From: Opitutales bacterium
Lineage (GTDB): Bacteria; Verrucomicrobiota; Verrucomicrobiia; Opitutales; Seribacteraceae
DNA length: 64,000 nucleotides
Reading direction: 5' to 3'
Assembly: GCA_028045305.1 (NCBI GenBank)
Contig: JAOFTV010000009.1
Coordinates: forward strand, 2,399-66,398
Both the position numbers and the translations under genes were made by a program. Under the pieces are notes generated by a model. The model saw only the letters and a program-made list of their open reading frames with translations. It was not told the DNA's origin and ran no database searches. Positions 21,996-30,347 of the stretch are shown here, piece after piece (position 1 is the stretch's first letter; every line of letters starts with the position of its first letter).

Positions 21996-22706
21996 ATGAA
22001 AGAACAAACCTTTACTTTGTCCGCTGCAAAAAGTTCCGCTAATGAACGGGCGGCTTTTATTCGAAGAACTTATTCCCATTTAGCCGTGGCCATACTGGCT
22101 TTCATCGGGATTGAATGTTACTTGGTTAATGCTCCCTTCGCTGCTCAATTAGCTATGAGTATGACTAGTGGGTTTAGTTGGTTAATTGTCTTAGGTCTTT
22201 TTATGGGCGTAGGATACTTGGCAGATAAATTGGCTCGTTCCGAAAATTCTGAACAGATGCAATACTTAGGCCTTGGGTTATTTGTAATTGCCGAGGCGAT
22301 CGTTTTTTTACCCCTTCTTTTTATCGCAACCATGTATGGAGGGAGTGGGCTTATACCTACAGCTGGATTAATGACCTTGTTGCTTGTACTAGGAATTACT
22401 GCGACCGTTTTCATTACCCGAAAAGATTTTTCCTTCATGAAGGGAATCCTTTCAATCGGAAGTTTTGTCGCTCTTGGTTTTATTATTTGCAGTATGGTCT
22501 TTGGCTTTTCGCTTGGATTGGTTTTTGCCTCAGTCATGGTTTTATTTGCTGCCGGTTCGGTTCTTTATACCACTTCTAATATTTTGCATCACTACTCCAC
22601 CAATCAGCATGTGGCTGCTTCATTGGCTTTATTTTCTTCTGTTGCTCTACTTTTCTTCTACATTTTACAGGTTCTTATGAGCCTGACCAGTGGGTCGGAT
22701 GATTAA
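21996..22706 (+). CDS. Bax inhibitor-1/YccA-family membrane protein
   Basis: RAAFIRRTYSHL; about 7 TM segments; TRKDFSF; VLYTTS...VAASLALF. Confidence 0.88.
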   Translation: MKEQTFTLSAAKSSANERAAFIRRTYSHLAVAILAFIGIECYLVNAPFAAQLAMSMTSGFSWLIVLGLFMGVGYLADKLARSENSEQMQYLGLGLFVIAEAIVFLPLLFIATMYGGSGLIPTAGLMTLLLVLGITATVFITRKDFSFMKGILSIGSFVALGFIICSMVFGFSLGLVFASVMVLFAAGSVLYTTSNILHHYSTNQHVAASLALFSSVALLFFYILQVLMSLTSGSDD

Positions 22707-22751
22707 GCTTAGTTTTTACAATAGCTAATATTTTTCTTAGAAGGATCTATT

Positions 22752-23405
22752 TTAACCCCCAAAAAGCCGAGATGGTAAAAAGGGGCGTACCCGGTTAGAT
22801 GCACCCGTGATGGACATTCGTACCGTAATGTCCTCCCTTACAATTTCCATAAATTTGCCTGGAGCTAGTCCGAACTGAGATCGGGGAAGGACAAGCATGC
22901 CTTCCAGGCGAATCAAATCACCAGCTTTTCCTTCATACTTTCTACGTTGTCCTCTGAAATAGCGTATGGAAAGTGGGATACGTAACGATTTTTCGATGCC
23001 CTTAATCTGTAAAACTCCAAAGGCATCGGTGCGAAGTTCTTTCTTGTGCCAAGCAAAGTCTTGTAATTTTTCCAATGTAAATGAAATCACCGGATGGCGG
23101 GATGAATGAAGCCATTCTGGAATATGGGTTTCGTATGCCACAATGGGATAACCAAAACGTAATGAGCGAGAATTTAGAACAATTTTGCCAGATGAATTTT
23201 CTGGATACTCAGGAGAGAAATTCATTTTTCCGTCCATTTGGCCAAAAGTTCCCCGAATAGCTCCGCTTCCGAATCCAGTGGCAAGGTTTACTTCCACACG
23301 ACATAGAGAAGCGAGTGGACGAAAGTCAAATTCCATTGCGGGAAGATTTAAGGTAAAAGCACTAATTGTAGCTATTGTAGAAAAAAGCTTTTGCCTATTA
23401 ATCAT
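22752..23405 (-). CDS. YceI-family periplasmic lipid/polyisoprenoid-binding protein
   Basis: Signal peptide; IRGTF, WL..S.HP.I.F, G.LQIKG..K and PRSQFG patterns. Confidence 0.75.
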   Translation of the reverse strand: MINRQKLFSTIATISAFTLNLPAMEFDFRPLASLCRVEVNLATGFGSGAIRGTFGQMDGKMNFSPEYPENSSGKIVLNSRSLRFGYPIVAYETHIPEWLHSSRHPVISFTLEKLQDFAWHKKELRTDAFGVLQIKGIEKSLRIPLSIRYFRGQRRKYEGKAGDLIRLEGMLVLPRSQFGLAPGKFMEIVREDITVRMSITGASNRVRPFLPSRLFGG

Positions 23406-23459
23406 TAAATTTTTTGTAACCCCAGGTTAATCTAAAGTCGAATGCGTAAATCGGTTATT

Positions 23460-23488
23460 TTGACCAAGTTAATGTATCAAATTACTTT
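23460..23488 (+). promoter_or_regulatory. Putative sigma70 promoter of the TonB-dependent receptor
   Basis: TTGACC-17 bp-TACTTT. Confidence 0.4.
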
Positions 23489-23512
23489 AATTAGAATTTC
23501 ATTGTTGATCAC

Positions 23513-23534
23513 TATTGATAATTAATTATCAATA
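23513..23534. promoter_or_regulatory. Perfect 22-bp palindrome; Fur-family-like operator
   Basis: TATTGATAATTAATTATCAATA, with TGATAAT/ATTATCA half-sites, 7 bp before the receptor start; a Fur-family gene lies directly downstream of the receptor. Confidence 0.7.
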
Positions 23535-23541
23535 AATCCTC

Positions 23542-25320
23542 ATGTGTAAATTGATTAAATTTTTAGTTTTTAGTTTATTGGCTGGATATTCCTTATTTGC
23601 TAACGCTGAGTTAGAACCAATGGTGGTGGTCGAGACCCGTAGGCCCCAACCGCTAAGTGAAGCGTCTCCTTGGGTAACGAGAATATCAGGTGATGACCTT
23701 GAACAAAGACAGATTTATAATTTGTCAGATGCACTACGATCTGTTCCTGGGATGGCTGTTGTAAGAACTGGCCAGATGGGTTCACAAACCTCGCTCTTCA
23801 GTCGCGGAGGTGCAAGTAATCATACCGCTTTTATATACGAGGGAAGGAAGTTGAATGGTGGCTTTTCGGGTACTTACAATCTTGGTGAGCTTTCTAATAT
23901 GGGTGCGTCAAGTATTGAAGTTTTGAAGGGTTCATCAAGTATCAATGGAGCTCATGCGATGGGCGGAACGGTTCATATGCGTAACGAATTACTTTTAAGT
24001 GATGGGTATGACTCAAAAGTAGGTTTTTCATATGGTTCATTTGATACCTTGAATTCTAATTTCAGTACCCGATTTAAAAATGGAAACTGGGCAGGAAACT
24101 TTAGTTTTTCATCTTTAGATACAGAGAATGATCGGCCACATTCAAAGTTTGAAAGTCTGAGTTCTTCATTTTTAATAGAAAACCAACTGACCGATGGGCT
24201 TTCCGTTAACTTACTTGGTTTAGGCTATGATAATTTCCTAGGTTCGAACTTTAATAAAGGATTTAATGTTGATCCAGATGCCTACCAGGAAACATTTCAT
24301 TTCCTAATTTCACCACAGTTAGAAATTGAAACAGATTCATGGGATGCAACTTTGAATTATTTATTCAGCGAGGATGAATTAAATTATACACCCTCTTACA
24401 ATATGCTATACTGGACTGAACAAGAAAATGTGGATTTTCTGACAAACCATAACCTAAGTGATATAAGCTCATTTCAAATCGGTTTAGGCTTTTCAACAAG
24501 CAGGTTTTTTAGAGAGCGTAACTTCGTTAATAGTTGGGGACAAAATTATGCTTCCTTGGGATTTCTCCATGAAATTAGCAACGACACTAAACTTTACGGG
24601 AATCTTCGTTTTAGTGATTATTCAGATTTCGAAAGCTCGGAGACATATAACTTCAAAGTTAGTAAATCATTAACCAGTGACCTGAGTATTTTTGCTAAGT
24701 TTTCTACAGGTTTCACGCCGCCAGAAGCACTGGATTTGTATAGCTATGGAGTTGGTTATCCAGGTAATCCAGATTTAAGTGCAGAGGAATCAAGGAATTA
24801 TGAACTTGGATTTTCAAAAAATGATCAAGCGTCAAGAAACGAACTGAAAATGACGTTGTTTTTTACCGAATACAATAATCTCATCCTCGCTCCATATGGT
24901 GTAGTACCTGAGAATGTAAGAAAATCAGAATCAATAGGAATTGAATTATGGTCCCATAACCAAATCACTCAAAGAGTCCATCTAGAATCTTCCGTTTCCT
25001 ACGCTAAATCCAAAAATTTGGATTCTAATGAAGATTTCCTTCCTAAGAGACCTGAATTTTTTGGTTCCGTTACAGCTACCTATTCAGAAGATGAGTTCGA
25101 TGTAGGGACTCAAATGAATTTCAAAAACAGAACTAGGGAAAGTGCTACAAAGAAAAATGATGATTACTTCTTGGTTCGGCTGTTTGGGAATTACCATATC
25201 TCGGACCAATTAACTTTTAATGCTCGAATTGAAAATCTTTTTGATGAGAACTATGAGGAAGTAATAGATTATCCAGCACTAGGTAGAGCAGCACATGCTG
25301 GATTGACTTACAATTTCTAA
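23542..25320 (+). CDS. TonB-dependent outer membrane receptor (BtuB-like architecture)
   Basis: Signal peptide; TonB box-like EPMVVVET; plug motifs LRSVPG and IEVLKG; C-terminal RIENLFDENY...GLTYNF. Confidence 0.92.
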   Translation: MCKLIKFLVFSLLAGYSLFANAELEPMVVVETRRPQPLSEASPWVTRISGDDLEQRQIYNLSDALRSVPGMAVVRTGQMGSQTSLFSRGGASNHTAFIYEGRKLNGGFSGTYNLGELSNMGASSIEVLKGSSSINGAHAMGGTVHMRNELLLSDGYDSKVGFSYGSFDTLNSNFSTRFKNGNWAGNFSFSSLDTENDRPHSKFESLSSSFLIENQLTDGLSVNLLGLGYDNFLGSNFNKGFNVDPDAYQETFHFLISPQLEIETDSWDATLNYLFSEDELNYTPSYNMLYWTEQENVDFLTNHNLSDISSFQIGLGFSTSRFFRERNFVNSWGQNYASLGFLHEISNDTKLYGNLRFSDYSDFESSETYNFKVSKSLTSDLSIFAKFSTGFTPPEALDLYSYGVGYPGNPDLSAEESRNYELGFSKNDQASRNELKMTLFFTEYNNLILAPYGVVPENVRKSESIGIELWSHNQITQRVHLESSVSYAKSKNLDSNEDFLPKRPEFFGSVTATYSEDEFDVGTQMNFKNRTRESATKKNDDYFLVRLFGNYHISDQLTFNARIENLFDENYEEVIDYPALGRAAHAGLTYNF

Positions 25321-25325
25321 GATTA

Positions 25326-25697
25326 TTACCCGCACTGCGGGCACACGCCATACAACATAACCTCAAAACCCTGTACATTAAATCCCTTTGGGACTTTGGC
25401 AGGAGGAGTATCTTGTGTTGTATCTGGCAATGCATAAAGCTTATCACAAAATCGGCAGGTAAAGTGAACCTTGTCTTTGCCGTCAACCCATTCATATCGT
25501 GGAGGTTGTCCTGGATAGTCTACCCCTACAACCTGCATTGATTCGGAAAGTGCTTTTAGATGGCGATAAATGGTGGCGATTCCAAGCTGGGAAATATTTT
25601 GGGACGCGAACTGATGAATTTCTGATGGAGTAAGTGGGCGGCCCGCAGAGCGAATCACCTCTGTTATGACTTTTGCCTGCTTGGTGTTTCTTTTCAT
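25326..25697 (-). CDS. Fur-family transcriptional regulator
   Basis: LGIATIYRHL helix; HFTCRFC and YGVCPQC zinc-site motifs. Confidence 0.88.
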   Translation of the reverse strand: MKRNTKQAKVITEVIRSAGRPLTPSEIHQFASQNISQLGIATIYRHLKALSESMQVVGVDYPGQPPRYEWVDGKDKVHFTCRFCDKLYALPDTTQDTPPAKVPKGFNVQGFEVMLYGVCPQCG

Positions 25698-25712
25698 CCA
25701 AAAAAAGAAACA

Positions 25713-26297
25713 CTATTTGCCCCTTTGAGCATTTTTAGTGCATTCGATGGTTTCACGTTTGAGAGATTGTACCTCTTTTTTAATTTCCGCGTAGGTCTTC
25801 TTCTCCATGCGGTCAATGAACAGAACGCCATTGAGGTGGTCAACTTCGTGCTGAATGCAACGAGCGAGCAAACCATCACATTCAAGGGTGTGTTCAGCAC
25901 CGTCCAAATCTTGATAGGATACAAAGATGCGCTCAGGGCGGGCAACATCTGCATTGATTCCGGGAAAGGAAAGGCATCCTTCTTCGTAGTAATATTCATC
26001 GCTTGGTAATGCTTTGACCACAGGGTTTGCCATGGATATTGGCATAATCAGTGAAGGAGAGAGAGGCTTGCCATCCAAGATACAGGCCATTGGATAGTCG
26101 GGGTGCTCGGGGACTTCTACCACGCAAAATTGCAGGGCTTTTCCAATTTGCTGAGCAGCCAAGCCAATGCCTTCAGTAATCCGCATTAGAACAAGCATGT
26201 CTTGCGAAAGTTTAGACAGTTGCCTGTCAAAATCTTTAACCTTCTTACCCTTTTGCCGAAGGATAGGATTTCCAAAATTACGTATACTCAAACTCAT
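25713..26297 (-). CDS. def: Peptide deformylase
   Basis: GIGLAAQQ, EGCLS and QHEVDHLNG. Confidence 0.97.
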   Translation of the reverse strand: MSLSIRNFGNPILRQKGKKVKDFDRQLSKLSQDMLVLMRITEGIGLAAQQIGKALQFCVVEVPEHPDYPMACILDGKPLSPSLIMPISMANPVVKALPSDEYYYEEGCLSFPGINADVARPERIFVSYQDLDGAEHTLECDGLLARCIQHEVDHLNGVLFIDRMEKKTYAEIKKEVQSLKRETIECTKNAQRGK

Positions 26298-26388
26298 ATT
26301 GATCAAGTTTATGGACTAAAACTGGGAAGAATTAAATTGAAATTGCATTGATTGGAGGAATTCGAAATAAAGGTATCCCAATTTGGAT

Positions 26389-28665
26389 ATGGCAAACAAG
26401 ATAAAGTTGGGAGGAATTATATTTCTTCCTATTTCTGTGGTTTTAGGAATCCTCGGATTGGGGTTTCCTGTATTCTTTGCAACGGTTTCTGAGCATACCT
26501 TGGTTGATATTGGAGCAGGTACTAAGACGATTGACGAGGAAATGATTCGTCAACTCCGTCAAAATAATGTGGGGCCAGCAGAAATGCTTTTGCCCTTGGC
26601 TTCTGTGAACAAGCGTCAGGAATTTGCCGATGCAATAGAGAGCAAAAAAAATACTCATCCTGAATTATCTATTTCTGGTGGTGGGAGTATTTTTGATATG
26701 CTTACTTTCAACGAATACTTCGGAGGTTTGGATAAATACAATCTGAATCGTGGGAGGTATCAGGCTTTCTTTGTGTACAACCGAGCAACTTCAAGGGGAG
26801 ACCTTTGGGATCGTCTGCGTGACAAAAGTTCAAACGACAATGTTCAGGCTCTTTTGCGTTCTATTCCGGTGGACGGTCGGCCTGGTTTCTTCTGGACCAA
26901 GTTAATCAATGAGCCCTTAGTTTATGCATTCCCTGGAGTGAAAGTGGCTAAACTCACAGATTATCCCTACTTTTCTGGTCGCAAGGTTCTCCTCTCTGTT
27001 GGATTGCGAGGCCCTCAGGCTTTCGATGGCAATGTTACGGAGGCTCAAATTCGCGACCTATGTCTTGCGGAAGCACGGGTTGGCTTAGCTGATTTTACTG
27101 GAGATGCGGAGTGGTTTGATGTTCGAAAAGAAGGCACGGAAACGAATATTCTTCGGGCACAGGAAAGTTTCCCTCTTTCCAACACCCTCGATTTTTCTGA
27201 TTTGGCTGATCGCTCTGTGATGCTCAAACTTGGTCGTACTAAGGACGGGGGATACGCAGTAATTATTGGTGGAATTATTAATTCGGAAGGAAAAATGGAA
27301 AGCCATGGACGCTGGCTGCCTTACCCCATTCTCGTTCCTATGATGGTGGGCACTGCAATGTCTATTGAAAAAGATTATTACACTGGAGATACAGCTTTCG
27401 AAATTGGACAACTTTCCCAAAAAGCTTTGCAGGGAGATCATTCGTCCAAAGAACGAATCCGTTCGTTCTATTGGTCTGCCCATCAACTCGCCCGTAAAAT
27501 GAACCTGATTCAAATGGCTGAACTTACGCAAAGCTGTCCGGATTTACAGGGTGTTTTCGATTTGGCCGCTTTAATTCGTATGCTGAACCGCCCGCTTTCC
27601 GCTTCCATCGGGAAAATTAAGGAAACAAACCATGGATCTGGACTGCTTCCATTAGATGAGCGCGAGGAACATAGAATCGAACTGCTCAAAATGATCGAGG
27701 AAAAGAAAGTTATCCAATCAAAATTCGATAGAGATTTGCAGATCGTTTATTCCGCGACTCTTCTATCTAGAAATCCCTCTGGGATTTTAAGGTTTGTCAG
27801 CAATTATCCTGTTTATGAGAAGGATGGAGATGACGATGCTGTCGAGCGTGCACTCGATGATATTAAGGTCGCTATGTCTCATGGCAAAGGTGGAATTGAT
27901 CATCTGCTTGACCGTAATAAGCCTATACATCACAGCGGATTTGCGGTGAGTATGGCAGAACCCTTGTTTCCTTTTTTGGGTGGCGGGTTGCTCACCACTT
28001 TATCTCACAAACACAGAGACTTTTCCATTGCCTTAAAAATTGCTCTGTTCATTGGGTCATTTTTCTGCCTCATGCTATTTATCTCTAAAACAATACCAAG
28101 ACCTAGCTTCCAAAGATCAAACAGCCATTATGGCCTTCGTTGGACTCGCAGGTTTTCGGCATCTGCTCTCTTTGCATTGCTTGGAGTTTTGGCGATCGAG
28201 CCAACTCTTTTGCAAACCCCAAGAGGGCAGGTTTCTGTAGCCGGGTTTGATTTTGCGCTTGCGAATCTGCTCGCCTACGCCAATGAGGATTCTATGGCGG
28301 ATCAAAATCTAACCATCGTAACCGCGATCATTGCAGGAGTTTTTCTGCTTATTCAAATCGTAATTTTCATGATTTGTATGTCCCGCGTATCACAAATTAA
28401 AAACGAGGAGCTCAGGGCTGGACTAAAACTCGGTCTGCTCGACAACGAGGAAAACTTATTTGATCTCGGATTGTACATAGGTCTTGGAGGAACCGTTCTT
28501 TCTCTCATCCTCCTCCTTGTGCTCGATGTTAAACAGGATGCACTCATTGGTGCTTACACCTCCACTTTGTTTGGAATTCTCTTTGTTGCGGCATTGAAAA
28601 TTGTTATAGTCCGGCCATACCGCAATCACTTGTTGGTCAAGCAATCTGAAGACAAAGGGGCATGA
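26389..28665 (+). CDS. Large inner-membrane protein with a ~500-aa predicted periplasmic domain and a C-terminal MotA/TolQ/ExbB-like channel module
   Basis: N-terminal TM plus 5 C-terminal TMs; last two read GLYIGLGGTVLSL and ALIGAYTSTLFGIL. Confidence 0.7.
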   Translation: MANKIKLGGIIFLPISVVLGILGLGFPVFFATVSEHTLVDIGAGTKTIDEEMIRQLRQNNVGPAEMLLPLASVNKRQEFADAIESKKNTHPELSISGGGSIFDMLTFNEYFGGLDKYNLNRGRYQAFFVYNRATSRGDLWDRLRDKSSNDNVQALLRSIPVDGRPGFFWTKLINEPLVYAFPGVKVAKLTDYPYFSGRKVLLSVGLRGPQAFDGNVTEAQIRDLCLAEARVGLADFTGDAEWFDVRKEGTETNILRAQESFPLSNTLDFSDLADRSVMLKLGRTKDGGYAVIIGGIINSEGKMESHGRWLPYPILVPMMVGTAMSIEKDYYTGDTAFEIGQLSQKALQGDHSSKERIRSFYWSAHQLARKMNLIQMAELTQSCPDLQGVFDLAALIRMLNRPLSASIGKIKETNHGSGLLPLDEREEHRIELLKMIEEKKVIQSKFDRDLQIVYSATLLSRNPSGILRFVSNYPVYEKDGDDDAVERALDDIKVAMSHGKGGIDHLLDRNKPIHHSGFAVSMAEPLFPFLGGGLLTTLSHKHRDFSIALKIALFIGSFFCLMLFISKTIPRPSFQRSNSHYGLRWTRRFSASALFALLGVLAIEPTLLQTPRGQVSVAGFDFALANLLAYANEDSMADQNLTIVTAIIAGVFLLIQIVIFMICMSRVSQIKNEELRAGLKLGLLDNEENLFDLGLYIGLGGTVLSLILLLVLDVKQDALIGAYTSTLFGILFVAALKIVIVRPYRNHLLVKQSEDKGA

Positions 28666-30281
28666 ACCGCAGTCTGCTGCTCGTAGTCTGCGACTTTCTG
28701 CTTCTTAGCATTCTCGCACTGGCACGCTTTGATGTGCCCAAGAATGCGTTGATTGCTCAGGATGGTCAAAAAGTCGTTTCCAAGGAAGTTGTCGAACGAA
28801 TATCTGATGGTGAAAATTACGACGATGTGGTTGCTGAATTGGAGGCAACAAATGAGACTTTGCTCGAAAATCTAAGCAGCGACAAAGATGCACTGCTTGA
28901 ACAAAAACTCAATTTGGAAGCTGAAATTGCTCAAAAACAAAAGGTTCTTGATCAAAAAGAACAGGAAATTGCCTCCAAGGACGCTGTAATTGAAGGTAAT
29001 GAGGAAGCCCTTGACCAAGCTAGAAAAGAAGCCGAAGAATTGGCAGCCCAACGCAGTGACATCGAACGTAAGAGGGAAGAATTGTTGCAAAGTAATGCGG
29101 CGTCTCAAAAAGAACTTGAATTACTGGCCAAAAACTTGGAGCAAGCTAAAAAGAAATCAGAAGAACTAACCATTCTGAAATCCAAAAAGGAAAAGGAAGC
29201 AGAAGCGGCTCGTTTGGAATTAGCGGCTTCGGTAGAAAGAGCGAAAGCCCAAGAACTTGCTGCCTCCGAAGCTAAAGCTTTGCTGATGGATGAAAAGAAA
29301 CGTTCGGATGAACTGCTCGCCTCTACTGCCCAAATTAATAGCAAAATAGACAGCTTGAACAAAGGCCTTGATGGGGTTGGTCAAGATCTTAAATCCGTGG
29401 GTGAGGGGTTAGTCGGAGTAGGGGACAAAATTTCCACTGTTTCTCAGGATGTAAGTTCGGTAAAAGAGGGAGTATCCAAAGTTGGTAAGAATGTGCAGGA
29501 ATCCGTCGATGTACAAAAAGAAAATTTCCGGAAACTTAATGAAAGACAAACTCGTTCGGTTAATGAAATCTTTACTCGGTACGAACAAAATAAGGTTACT
29601 CTTGAGCTTAACTACACTCACAAAACTGGAATCATGCAAACCAACAAGGAAGATAAATTCTCTATGGATTCCATCCTTATGGTTGACGGAAAATTTGTCT
29701 ATGCGTTGGTGCACGCCAAGGACAGTCCATTCAGGGTAGATTACAGACCTCGTAAACTCGTTGCTGTGAGCGGTCAAATTTCAGGTTCCAAACTCAAGGC
29801 TCCTTTGCCTGTTAAAGAAATAGCTTTCATGGATGATCCTAGGATCATTATTGTTCCTTTGTACGCAAAACCAGAAGAATTGATTGCATCCTCTGGGTTG
29901 GAGCTTTTTCAGGCACCGGCTAATCCATTTCTTTTTGACGATGCCGTGGTTGTGGATGTTAAAAATGGCAAGTTTGGCCAAACCAAATGTTTGCGTGATG
30001 AGAAGGACGGTCGTTACATTGAGGTGGATGAAAGACACTTTTCTTTTCTTACCGGAGCCTTCAACCCTGGAAAAGGTGACTTGGTTTTCTCACAAAAAGC
30101 GGAACTGTTAGGCATTATGGTCAATGGTGATTACGCCTTTCATGTTAAGAACTTGGGAAGTCGCATTCATGGTGGATCTCGGACACTTCTCGGTTCCTCA
30201 TTTGATGCTGATAAGACTAATTTACTTTTAAAAGATATGAACAGGAAGCTTTCTGGACTCGGTAAGAAGTTCAAATATTGA
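28662..30281 (+). CDS. Single-pass membrane protein: MotB/ExbD-like TM with Asp, long coiled coil, C-terminal trypsin/HtrA-like domain
   Basis: LLLVVCDFLLLSILAL; heptad-rich E/K/A/L region ~aa 55-295; C-terminal FNPGKGDLVFSQKAELLGIMVN; ATGA overlap with the upstream gene. Confidence 0.7.
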   Translation: MNRSLLLVVCDFLLLSILALARFDVPKNALIAQDGQKVVSKEVVERISDGENYDDVVAELEATNETLLENLSSDKDALLEQKLNLEAEIAQKQKVLDQKEQEIASKDAVIEGNEEALDQARKEAEELAAQRSDIERKREELLQSNAASQKELELLAKNLEQAKKKSEELTILKSKKEKEAEAARLELAASVERAKAQELAASEAKALLMDEKKRSDELLASTAQINSKIDSLNKGLDGVGQDLKSVGEGLVGVGDKISTVSQDVSSVKEGVSKVGKNVQESVDVQKENFRKLNERQTRSVNEIFTRYEQNKVTLELNYTHKTGIMQTNKEDKFSMDSILMVDGKFVYALVHAKDSPFRVDYRPRKLVAVSGQISGSKLKAPLPVKEIAFMDDPRIIIVPLYAKPEELIASSGLELFQAPANPFLFDDAVVVDVKNGKFGQTKCLRDEKDGRYIEVDERHFSFLTGAFNPGKGDLVFSQKAELLGIMVNGDYAFHVKNLGSRIHGGSRTLLGSSFDADKTNLLLKDMNRKLSGLGKKFKY

Positions 30282-30347
30282 TCTTTAAACGCCGACGGTC
30301 ATTCGATTGATCGTACAAACAATAATTCGACAAGGCAGAGCAACTAT

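Noticed and set aside
25694-25999. 101-aa minus-strand ORF overlapping def
   Set aside because: Alternative frame within def, with no recognisable motifs
26389-30281. Zorya anti-phage system (ZorAB)
   Set aside because: The MotA-like helices are C-terminal with no long cytoplasmic tail, the partner has no OmpA-like domain, and no zorC/D/E follow; kept as a distinct motor candidate instead
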